The notes beneath the pieces were generated by a model. It searched no databases. It was not told the DNA's origin and saw only the letters and a list, made by a program, of their open reading frames with translations. The position numbers and the translations under genes were made by a program. From Chthoniobacterales bacterium (lineage in GTDB: Bacteria; Verrucomicrobiota; Verrucomicrobiia; Chthoniobacterales; JACTMZ01), in the NCBI GenBank assembly GCA_044371145.1, contig JBILUI010000001.1, positions 3,497-67,496 on the forward strand: a DNA stretch of 64,000 bases, in the 5' to 3' direction. Positions 19,152 to 27,363 of the stretch are shown piece by piece (within the stretch, counting starts at the first letter, position 1; each line of letters opens with the position of its first letter).

Positions 19152-20218
19152 GAAGACACATGCACCACGCGATGGCGCCAACGCTCGAAAGGAGCGAGGA
19201 AAAAGATCGTCATGGCCAAGGCCAGAATGAGGGAAACAAGCATGACGACTTCGCCTTGCCATGGAGGCGGCACCAGACCGCCGTATCCGTAGGCCCGGAA
19301 AAATTCCAGAACGAAGAAGTGGTTCAAGTAGACAGGGAAGGACAATTCGCCCACAGCGCGGTCGAAACGGTTTTTCGACGTGGCCGCGAAGACCATGACA
19401 ATAACCGGAAACATCGCCGCATAGAGGCCGTAGATCGGGAACAATTCGCCGCACTTTCGCGGCCATTCGGGCAGGAACCAGGTCCAAGCGGTGAGAAAAA
19501 CGAGCAGTCCGGCAATCACACCGGGGTAGGAAACCGCGGCGAAAGATCCCTCGGCCCACCAGCGGTAAGCGCGGCAAGCCAGCATGCCGGCGATGAAGAA
19601 AGCGATTTCGAAAGGGAAGAAACGATAAAGCCACGGATCACCCGAAAACCCGAGCCAGTGGCATCCGAGAAAACGGGCGAGCAGGCTGGCGACGACCAGC
19701 GCGATGAGCCCGCGTGATGACCAACGCGCCAGAAAGGGAGCAAGCAGGTAGAAGGTCAACTCCAGCGCGATGGTCCACGAAGGCTGGATGACAAGAAAGG
19801 GCCAGAGAGGCGGGATGTTTTGCGTGCCACTGACAAAAAAAAGCGCGTCTTGTCCGAAGACGGTCAGATTGGTCAAGGCTGCGGCGGCGACAGCCGCAGG
19901 ATGGCTGTCGCCCCAAGCGTCCGGCGTGAGGTAAGGCTGCAGAGCAAGCCACTTACCGGCGAGCAGACCGCTCAACGCGCTGCCGGCGACCACGAACAGA
20001 AGGACGGCAAAATACGGGACATAAATGCGCAATGCGCGGCTTTCGTAGAATTGACCAACGCTGGAATATTTTCCGGCGAGAATGAGTTGCATGTAGAAGC
20101 CGGAGATCACGTAGAACAGTTGAACCGCTTCCATGCCGTTGAGCATGCGGTCGGCACAGTTGGCTGAGGCGTGGCTCGCCACCACACAAAGCGCCAGATA
20201 GGTGCGGAGAAATCCCAC
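19148..20218 (-). CDS. Acyltransferase family 3 (OafA/YrhL-type) membrane O-acyltransferase
   Basis: N-terminal pattern FLRTYLALCVVASHA...VQLFYVISGFYM and ~10 hydrophobic segments. GTG start. Confidence 0.85.
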   Translation of the reverse strand: MGFLRTYLALCVVASHASANCADRMLNGMEAVQLFYVISGFYMQLILAGKYSSVGQFYESRALRIYVPYFAVLLFVVAGSALSGLLAGKWLALQPYLTPDAWGDSHPAAVAAAALTNLTVFGQDALFFVSGTQNIPPLWPFLVIQPSWTIALELTFYLLAPFLARWSSRGLIALVVASLLARFLGCHWLGFSGDPWLYRFFPFEIAFFIAGMLACRAYRWWAEGSFAAVSYPGVIAGLLVFLTAWTWFLPEWPRKCGELFPIYGLYAAMFPVIVMVFAATSKNRFDRAVGELSFPVYLNHFFVLEFFRAYGYGGLVPPPWQGEVVMLVSLILALAMTIFFLAPFERWRHRVVHVSS

Positions 20219-20224
20219 GCCGTT

Positions 20225-21094
20225 CTAGATGCAGCGCCGCAGCACGCCGAGCCAATCGCCGCGGAAGATGGCGCCGGGGTCTTCGCGCAACCCGCGCCAA
20301 ACGTCGGCCAGTGCCGCTGCGCGGTTTCCGGCCGCCACCGCGGAAGCGTTCATCAGATACCGGTCCGACAAAGCCCGCGCTTTTTCCCGCAGCAATGCGG
20401 CGCGGTCTCCGCCGTCGATCAATCCGTAGAACGGTGCGAAAATTTTTTCCCTTTCCTCGTAAACCTTGTGCCACGAGCGCACCGTCTTCGATTCGGGTTG
20501 CCGGTGCTGGATGGCCATCACTTCCTGAACATGGTGGAAACGAAATTTTTCCGAGGCGCGCCACCAATACTCGTAGTCCATGGCGTAGTGCAGATCTTCC
20601 CGCAGCAGACCCGTTGCTTCGCAGACTTTGCGGCGGAAGAAGACTGCCGGTTGGTGCAACCGCGCCCGCGATGACCACCAACGCACCAGATCAAGCCGGT
20701 CGTCGAACACGGCCGCCGCCCGCTGCGGAGGACGCCCGTCGTAGGCGACTTGCTCGACGTCGCCAAAGACCACATCGCACCGCGGATCGGCGAACAGTTC
20801 GCGCAAGCGCGCAAAAATTCCCGGCGGATAAGCATCGTCCGCATTGAGCCAGCAGATGATTTCTCCGCGGGCTGCGGCGAGGCCCTTGTTCACCGCATGC
20901 GACTGTCCACGGTCGGCTTCGCGGACAAATCGGGCGCGCGGAAAGCCCGCCGCCACCGTCGCAGTCTCGTCGGTCGAGCAATTGTCGAAAACCAGATGCT
21001 CGTAATCCTCCGAGCCCTGTTGTTGCACGCACTCCAGACAACGGGCCAGAAACTCGCCCTGGTTCCAGGACGGTGTGATGACGGAAAAAAACAA
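20225..21094 (-). CDS. Glycosyltransferase family 2
   Basis: FSVITPSWNQGEFL, VFDNCSTDET, DRGQSHAVNKG and WLNADDAY motifs. TTG start. Confidence 0.88.
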   Translation of the reverse strand: MFFSVITPSWNQGEFLARCLECVQQQGSEDYEHLVFDNCSTDETATVAAGFPRARFVREADRGQSHAVNKGLAAARGEIICWLNADDAYPPGIFARLRELFADPRCDVVFGDVEQVAYDGRPPQRAAAVFDDRLDLVRWWSSRARLHQPAVFFRRKVCEATGLLREDLHYAMDYEYWWRASEKFRFHHVQEVMAIQHRQPESKTVRSWHKVYEEREKIFAPFYGLIDGGDRAALLREKARALSDRYLMNASAVAAGNRAAALADVWRGLREDPGAIFRGDWLGVLRRCI

Positions 21095-21127
21095 TGATAT
21101 GGAGGGGATGAGGGAGCGCGGCGCTCC

Positions 21128-22087
21128 TCAACTTCCCGCAGGCGTCTTGAGGATCGGCACTTTCTTCCAACTATCCGCCTCAGTGAATTCGCGTCCGGCG
21201 AAACACCAGACAATAACTTTTTTGGAGCCCAAATAGTCTTTGTCAGCCCGTGCGCGACGGGCGAGTTGCACGCGCGAACTCGTGGCGCCGGATCCCCGCA
21301 CGCCGAGGACATCGGGCATGGAGCCGAGCGCGGCGGCCACTTGGTCGGGCAATCCGGCACCAGTGGCGTGCATGTCCCCGCCTTGGTGAAAGACGAGCAC
21401 ATGACTGTCCCCCAACAGCAGCACCGGATTTTTCTTCATCGCTTCCGGATCGGCCGGCAGGCGTTGCCCGCGCAGTTCGATCTCCTCGGGGTCGCCGCCG
21501 AGGTCGCCATTGATTGTTTGCTTCGTCCACGCAGTTCCCGCACCGCTCGCTTCGTGGTCAGCCATCCCCGCTCCTTCCAGCAAGGGCAACAGTCGATCGA
21601 CCGCCAACGCAATGCCGTGACCCGACCAATGCGTGTCGCGGCGGCAAAAAGGCTCGTATGTTGCCGAGGAGTAATCCGGAAGCAGATCAACCACGGTGAC
21701 TTTGCGGTCGGTCAGTTCGCGCATGATGGATTCCCAACCGGCGCGCATCTTCTCCTGTTCCTCCGCGGTCACTCCGGCGGCCGCGCCGGCCAGCAAAACC
21801 TTCGGCGGCACCGGCATGACGAGAAGAGTCGCATCCGCCGCCTTCATTTGCTCCGCAAAGTCGGCGATGGCATCGAGAGCGGGTTTGGTCAGATTGGCAA
21901 GGTCCGGGACGGACAGTTTGGCTGCGAACTTCAGCTCGGCTGGCAGGAATCGCCATCCGTCCTCGCCTGCGACGAAGGATTCCTTCCGCGCATCCGCTTC
22001 CCCGGCTTTCTTCTCGAGAACCTCGGCACCGCAGACCGGGAGGACGAAAACCGCCAGAAAGACTAAGGTGAGGCGGGCGAGATCCAT
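21128..22087 (-). CDS. AlgJ/AlgX-like permuted-SGNH polysaccharide O-acetyltransferase, secreted
   Basis: Signal peptide MDLARLTLVFLAVFVLPVCGA. DTHW (Asp-x-His) precedes LLLGDSHV, which is the permuted triad order characteristic of AlgX/AlgJ. Confidence 0.7.
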   Translation of the reverse strand: MDLARLTLVFLAVFVLPVCGAEVLEKKAGEADARKESFVAGEDGWRFLPAELKFAAKLSVPDLANLTKPALDAIADFAEQMKAADATLLVMPVPPKVLLAGAAAGVTAEEQEKMRAGWESIMRELTDRKVTVVDLLPDYSSATYEPFCRRDTHWSGHGIALAVDRLLPLLEGAGMADHEASGAGTAWTKQTINGDLGGDPEEIELRGQRLPADPEAMKKNPVLLLGDSHVLVFHQGGDMHATGAGLPDQVAAALGSMPDVLGVRGSGATSSRVQLARRARADKDYLGSKKVIVWCFAGREFTEADSWKKVPILKTPAGS

Positions 22088-23703
22088 TCGGCAAAATTCG
22101 GTGTTTCCAGCATCAAATCGAGATCATCCAACTCCCCGCGGTTGAGCGGATCGAGTTGCGCGGCTTGTTCGTCATAGTTGACCAAACGCACGCGCGCGCG
22201 GGCACCGGGCTGCAGGTCTGCGGCAGGCAAGAGCTGGTTGTCACGCATGGTGAATACATAAGCCAGCGCGTCGCCGTCGAGATTCTTGCCGTCGGCATCC
22301 TGCAAATCCGACAAGTGCACCGCGGTGAGGTAATCGCGGTAGGGCGTGGTGCCGGGCTTCGGCACGCGACCGAGCGCCGCCACGGTGGCGATCACCTCGC
22401 GCGGTTCGCCGGGCGGGACAATCAGAAAACTTCCGGTTTTGCCGACGTCCGCACCCGCCAACTCCACCGGAGTCCAATCGCCGCGAACCACTTCGCGCAG
22501 GGACAATTGCCAGACGAGAACATCTTTGCCCTCCAGCCAGGCCGGATCTCTGGTTGCCTCTGCCGCGAGCATCCGGCGCGCTTCGAGCGCACCGGCATCG
22601 TTGCGCGAAAGGCGATCCACCGGCGCACCGAGCCGGTGCGAAACCCGCTCGGCCAGCCCGGCCTGCGTGCCCCACCCAAGATCTTCAGACGAGTAGATGT
22701 TCGTGTAGCTGTCGCCCAACAAAAGAATCGGCGAACCCCGGTCGGGAACCCAGTCTTTGACCGGCGCGGTCAGAACGCGCTGTTTTCGCAAAATCGGCGA
22801 CACATCCGGCAACTGCAACATGCGCGCCGTGTCGCCGACCGCATCGATCTCGTCGGTCGCGGCAGGCGCCCCGGAAGTCGCAGCGCTCCCAAGTTCGCCG
22901 GCGATGGCCGCCGCGACCAGTTCCATGCCGGCAGGCGACCAATGACTGTCGCTCGCGAGATACTGCGGTTGTCCGGAAGAGAGAGCCTGCTCCCGCAACG
23001 CCTTGGATGGATCGATGACTACCGGCGCAGGTTGCTCCGGCAAACCACGGGCCAATGCTTCCTCGCTCCATGCCGCCGCAAGCAAAGCCGCGAATTCATC
23101 CCAACCCGCAGGCATCATCGCGTCGGCGTTGGTGCCACGCGCAATTTGCTCGGGATGAATCGAAGCCTTGCCGGGTGTCGGGACAAAGACCAAGCGCACC
23201 CCTTTCATTGCCAGATCCGCGGCAAAAGCGGCCAGACCACGGGCTGCGGTCTCGATCCCGCCCGAGGGCTGCAGCAACGCGTCGATATCCGGTCGGTAGA
23301 AAAGCCATCCATCGCGTCCGACATAGGCTTCTTCGCTTCCGGCACCGCCGAAGCGCAGCAGATAGTCGAGAGTGGCCGGACGCACCGCTTCGACAAGCGC
23401 CGACGAATCTTCCAGCGAAGTCTCGAAGTTCCCCATGCCCTGCAGCGCGGCGCGGTTGGCGGCGATCAATCGCTGCGGCAGCGAGGATTCCCCCTGCCAA
23501 GCACGGACCACGCCCGCAAATCCGGAAACGGCGGATTGCCGGGGATCCCGCCACGCACCGAGCAAGCCGTCGGCCAAAGGAACAATCAATAGCCCGCAAG
23601 CAAAGGCCAGCGAGAGAAAGATGGCAACCGAGCGCGACACTTCGGTGCGGCCCCAGCCTTGGGCGTAGTTGTCGCGGACAGGCGGCATGGAAGGTTGTGT
23701 CAT
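22063..23703 (-). CDS. AlgX/AlgJ-like permuted-SGNH protein with N-terminal TM anchor and C-terminal extra domain
   Basis: TM segment VAIFLSLAFACGLLIVPL. SDSHW precedes LLLGDSYTNIY. A ~130-aa C-terminal beta-rich tail could be carbohydrate-binding, as in AlgX. Confidence 0.7.
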   Translation of the reverse strand: MTQPSMPPVRDNYAQGWGRTEVSRSVAIFLSLAFACGLLIVPLADGLLGAWRDPRQSAVSGFAGVVRAWQGESSLPQRLIAANRAALQGMGNFETSLEDSSALVEAVRPATLDYLLRFGGAGSEEAYVGRDGWLFYRPDIDALLQPSGGIETAARGLAAFAADLAMKGVRLVFVPTPGKASIHPEQIARGTNADAMMPAGWDEFAALLAAAWSEEALARGLPEQPAPVVIDPSKALREQALSSGQPQYLASDSHWSPAGMELVAAAIAGELGSAATSGAPAATDEIDAVGDTARMLQLPDVSPILRKQRVLTAPVKDWVPDRGSPILLLGDSYTNIYSSEDLGWGTQAGLAERVSHRLGAPVDRLSRNDAGALEARRMLAAEATRDPAWLEGKDVLVWQLSLREVVRGDWTPVELAGADVGKTGSFLIVPPGEPREVIATVAALGRVPKPGTTPYRDYLTAVHLSDLQDADGKNLDGDALAYVFTMRDNQLLPAADLQPGARARVRLVNYDEQAAQLDPLNRGELDDLDLMLETPNFAEWISPASP

Positions 23704-23790
23704 GAAGATCGGAACATTTCTGAACCACCTTGTGCGGGGCTTGTCCTTACCTTGACCGCCACCCGCATCGGCCTAATCTTCCCGCGCACG

Positions 23791-25863
23791 ATGAGAGTTC
23801 GCACGGGATGGATCCCGCCATTTTTTCGCGGACGGGGAGCTGTATTTTGGTGGCGCTTCTCCCTGACCATAGCCGCGGCTGCCTTCAGCCTGCTTCTTAT
23901 ACTGCAACCTCCTCCGTGGCAGGTGTTGACCGATGCGGCAGGTGAAGAGTTGTCGGTAGGTCGCATTGTCTTCATCGGCACTTGGTTGGGAGGCGCGGGA
24001 GGCATCGCGATCCTTGCGTTCCTTTTCACGGTGTGCCCGTGGTGGGCCTGCGCCCCCGACCCGGCGAACCGGATTGTGGCCGCACCGCGGGCGCCGGTGT
24101 GGTTCTGGCCGGTTGTTGCGGCGGCGGTCATCGCCGCCGGTTCGATCGCGACTCCTTCACTCGGGCACAGCCTGTGGGACGACGAGCACGAGTCCCTTGT
24201 CTGGTATATTCTCGGGCGCTACGTGCGGCAGGCACCGGAGGGAAATATCAAACTCAAGGAGCACAACTGGCGCCGGACGGTTTTCGCCTACTCAACGCCG
24301 AACAACCATGTCTTCCACAACATCCTCGCGCGTTGGTCCAACGCGACCTGGCGCGCGCTTGCAGCCCCGAAGGAAAGGCAATTCAGCGAAGTGGCCCTTC
24401 GCTTGCCGGCTTTTCTCGCCGGCTTGGCCTGCGTGGCGGCTCTCGCACTTCTGCTCAAAGATTTCGGTTTGCCGGGTTCCGGTGCCTTGGCTGCATGGTT
24501 TCTCGCCCTGCAGCCGTGGTTCACCCAGCACATGGCGCTCGCGCGCGGATATGCCTTGGTCATGTTGCTCACCGTGCTGGTGCTTGTTTTTTGGCGCCGC
24601 GCCCTTGTTTCGGGCGCTTGGCAATGGTGGGCGCTGCTCGCCGCTTGCCAGTTCTTCGCGCTGTGGACTTATCCCGCCGTTGTTTTCCTCCTCGCGCTCC
24701 TCAACCTCTCCTTGGTGGCGCTCATTTTGTTCCGGCCTTCGCCGGTGAACGCGCCGGCGCGGACCTTGCTCTCCCGTTGGTTCAGTTGCTCCTGTCTGGC
24801 CGGCGCAGGCTTGCTGCCGCTGGTGTTTCCGCTCGTTCCGCAGATGAAAGACTACATGGAATCGCTCGGCGGGGGCATGATGGCCCTGCCATGGCTGGCC
24901 AATCTCGGTTCGTTCCTCGTCGGTGGCGCGGCTTGGGATCGCTCGTCCGGCAACGGCACCAGTTACCTCGATATGCAGTTGGTGGCGCGATCCTGCGGAC
25001 CCGCCGTGCTGTATGTCCTCTACGGAGGAGCGGTGCTGGTTTTTGTCATGGGGCTTATCCGCTTTTTCCGGCGCGGCAAACTCGAGGCAACCGTGGCCGC
25101 GTGCGTCGTTCTCGGCCCCGCAATGCACTGGCTTTACGCCGAGACCAAGGGGGTAATCCTTTGGGAATGGTATCTCGTCTATGTCGTCCCGTCGCTTTGC
25201 CTTTTCTGGGGAGTCGGGACAGCCGCCGTGGGACAGAGTGTTGCGCGGTTCACCCGGTCGTCTTGGCCGGGAGTATTGGCCTCCGTGCTGATTGTCGCTT
25301 TCTATGCCTACGCCGCATCGCCGGTCCGCGCCTGGCATTCGGCACACTCGCGTGTGCCTTATCGTGAGTCGACTGTGGCCGCCCGTTCCGGAGTGGACGG
25401 CGCACGGACGATCGTGTTTTCCACGACGGGGGCACCGCTGGCTTACGATCCCGCGTTGTTCTACATCGAAGAGCCGCTCGACGTTGCGATCCTCATGTTC
25501 CAGGCGGATGTCCAGCAGCGGCCCCTCGTGGCCAACATGGGACAAATGCAGAATCTGCGTGACAGTTGTCCGGAGATCTTCGCGCTGCTCGAAAGCAAAA
25601 AGCTCTTTCCCGTGGTGGAACGCTTCCCCGGATTCATGAGCGGCGGCGACCGCTTTGTCTGCCGCTACGCAGCCGGGAGCGCTGCGGCTTTCGACTTCTC
25701 CGGCATCCTCGATACGGACGAAGTGGCCTACGCGAAAAGCAAGGCTGGCATCGCACCGGAAAAGTTTTTCGCCGGACGCGGCAAGAAACATATCGCGCAG
25801 GGAGCGGGCGGTTACGGTCCCAGCCCCGGTTCCGGAAAAGAGCCTCACGGCTTCAGAAAATAA
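23791..25863 (+). CDS. Uncharacterised GT-C-like polytopic membrane protein (paralogue of 62288..>64000)
   Basis: Many TM segments. Acidic loop motif SLWDDEHE after the first helices, then PNNHVFHNIL, and a ~170-aa soluble C-terminus. I chose the ATG at 23791 (MRVRTGWIPPFF) so that it does not overlap the divergent gene ending at 23703. The ORF-track start is 23659. Confidence 0.7.
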   Translation: MRVRTGWIPPFFRGRGAVFWWRFSLTIAAAAFSLLLILQPPPWQVLTDAAGEELSVGRIVFIGTWLGGAGGIAILAFLFTVCPWWACAPDPANRIVAAPRAPVWFWPVVAAAVIAAGSIATPSLGHSLWDDEHESLVWYILGRYVRQAPEGNIKLKEHNWRRTVFAYSTPNNHVFHNILARWSNATWRALAAPKERQFSEVALRLPAFLAGLACVAALALLLKDFGLPGSGALAAWFLALQPWFTQHMALARGYALVMLLTVLVLVFWRRALVSGAWQWWALLAACQFFALWTYPAVVFLLALLNLSLVALILFRPSPVNAPARTLLSRWFSCSCLAGAGLLPLVFPLVPQMKDYMESLGGGMMALPWLANLGSFLVGGAAWDRSSGNGTSYLDMQLVARSCGPAVLYVLYGGAVLVFVMGLIRFFRRGKLEATVAACVVLGPAMHWLYAETKGVILWEWYLVYVVPSLCLFWGVGTAAVGQSVARFTRSSWPGVLASVLIVAFYAYAASPVRAWHSAHSRVPYRESTVAARSGVDGARTIVFSTTGAPLAYDPALFYIEEPLDVAILMFQADVQQRPLVANMGQMQNLRDSCPEIFALLESKKLFPVVERFPGFMSGGDRFVCRYAAGSAAAFDFSGILDTDEVAYAKSKAGIAPEKFFAGRGKKHIAQGAGGYGPSPGSGKEPHGFRK

Positions 25864-27286
25864 AATAGATAAACGGGTTGAATTTCTGCACGCCGAGCAT
25901 GAGCGCGGCGGCCCAGAATATCGCCAGGGACCAAACTGCTTTCGGCGCGGTGAGCCGCTGCGTCAAGACCAAGGTGGTCGGCCCGAACCAAACCAACGCG
26001 GCGGCCGCGGCCATGGCGATGACGAAAAGCGGCTTCCAAACCAAGCCGGCCACGAGCCCGGACAACTCCCCGACCGGCAGCAGACAAAAGAGCCGTCCGT
26101 AGTATTGCAACGCGCCGGGCAAGTCCTCGGCACGGAAGAGAACCCAAAGCAGGGAAACGACGGTGAAAGTGAGCGCCGTCTGCAGAAACGCGGGCATGCC
26201 GGACCATATGCTCCTGCCGGGCAAAGCCCGCTCCGCGGCCAGAAGAAGTCCGTGCACGCTTCCCCAGATGACGAAATTCCACGAGGCGCCGTGCCACAAA
26301 CCGCCGAGGAACATGACGATGAAAAGATTGGCGTAGGTGCGGGGCAATCCGCGCCGGTTTCCGCCGAGCGGAATATAAAGGTAATCGCGCAACCAGGTGG
26401 ACAGCGAGATATGCCAACGCTGCCAGAAATCGGTGATACTTTTTGCGCGATACGGCGAATCGAAGTTGATCGGGAAGCGGAAGCCGAGCATTAGCCCGAG
26501 ACCGATGGCCATGTCAGAATAGCCGCTGAAGTCGAAATAGATTTGGAACGAGTAAGCGAACATCCCCAGCCACGATTCGAGCACACCCGCGTCGGTCGCC
26601 CCGAAAAGTGTGTCGGCAACTTTTCCGCACGGGTTGGCTATGAGGACTTTTTTACCGAGGCCGAGCGAGAAGCAGGCCACGCCGCGGGCAAACGCCTCCC
26701 AGCTGCGATCCGGACGGCGCAGTTGCCGCGCCACGGTCTGGAACCGCACGATCGGTCCCGCAACCAGTTGCGGGAACATGGAGACATAAGCAGCGAAGCC
26801 GGCAAAGTTGCGCAGGGCACGCGCCTCGCCCCGGTAAATGTCGATGGTGTAGCTCGTCGACTGGAACGTGTAGAAGCTGATGCCCAGCGGCAGTGTGACC
26901 TCCAGAAAAAAATCCGGTTGGGCCCAGCCGATGTGCCCGGTCAACGCGCGGTAATTCTCCGCCGCGAAGTTGAAATACTTGAAGAACCCGAGGAGCGAAA
27001 GATTGGCAACGACGGATGTCCACAACGCGGCTTTCTCCGTGAAGGTGCGCTGCTCGATCAGGTTGCGCACGCGCCGGTTGCCCTCGCGCAGGAGGACCAG
27101 ACCGCAGATGTAGTCGATCACCGTCGACACCATCATGAGCAACATGAAGGCCGGATTCGCCCATCCGTAAAAAAGATAACTGAAGACCGCCAGCACCCCG
27201 AGCCACATGCGGCGCGGGGAGAGCAAGCTCACTGCCAGCGCGAGCGGCAGAAAATAAAAAAGAAACAGATGCGAACTGAAGACCAT
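25853..27286 (-). CDS. MBOAT family O-acyltransferase (AlgI/DltB-like), copy 1
   Basis: FSGYSDMAIG, FWQRWHISLSTWLRDYLYIPLGGNR, GLWHGASWNF and C-terminal FIYFIF. Its stop overlaps the convergent GT-C gene by 11 nt. Confidence 0.92.
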   Translation of the reverse strand: MVFSSHLFLFYFLPLALAVSLLSPRRMWLGVLAVFSYLFYGWANPAFMLLMMVSTVIDYICGLVLLREGNRRVRNLIEQRTFTEKAALWTSVVANLSLLGFFKYFNFAAENYRALTGHIGWAQPDFFLEVTLPLGISFYTFQSTSYTIDIYRGEARALRNFAGFAAYVSMFPQLVAGPIVRFQTVARQLRRPDRSWEAFARGVACFSLGLGKKVLIANPCGKVADTLFGATDAGVLESWLGMFAYSFQIYFDFSGYSDMAIGLGLMLGFRFPINFDSPYRAKSITDFWQRWHISLSTWLRDYLYIPLGGNRRGLPRTYANLFIVMFLGGLWHGASWNFVIWGSVHGLLLAAERALPGRSIWSGMPAFLQTALTFTVVSLLWVLFRAEDLPGALQYYGRLFCLLPVGELSGLVAGLVWKPLFVIAMAAAAALVWFGPTTLVLTQRLTAPKAVWSLAIFWAAALMLGVQKFNPFIYFIF

Positions 27287-27363
27287 GGGGTGTCGTCACC
27301 CGGAACGCCGTCGTCACTAACTTTGAAGCTGCTCCAAAAATTCCGGCGGTCTGGCTATCCCGA

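Noticed and set aside
19152-19634. N-terminal 160 codons of the 451-aa ORF-track entry 18279..19634
   Set aside because: They lie entirely inside the well-supported acyltransferase-3 gene (19148..20218) in another frame and are Arg/Pro-rich. An ATG at 19151 with an ATGA overlap gives a sensible start.
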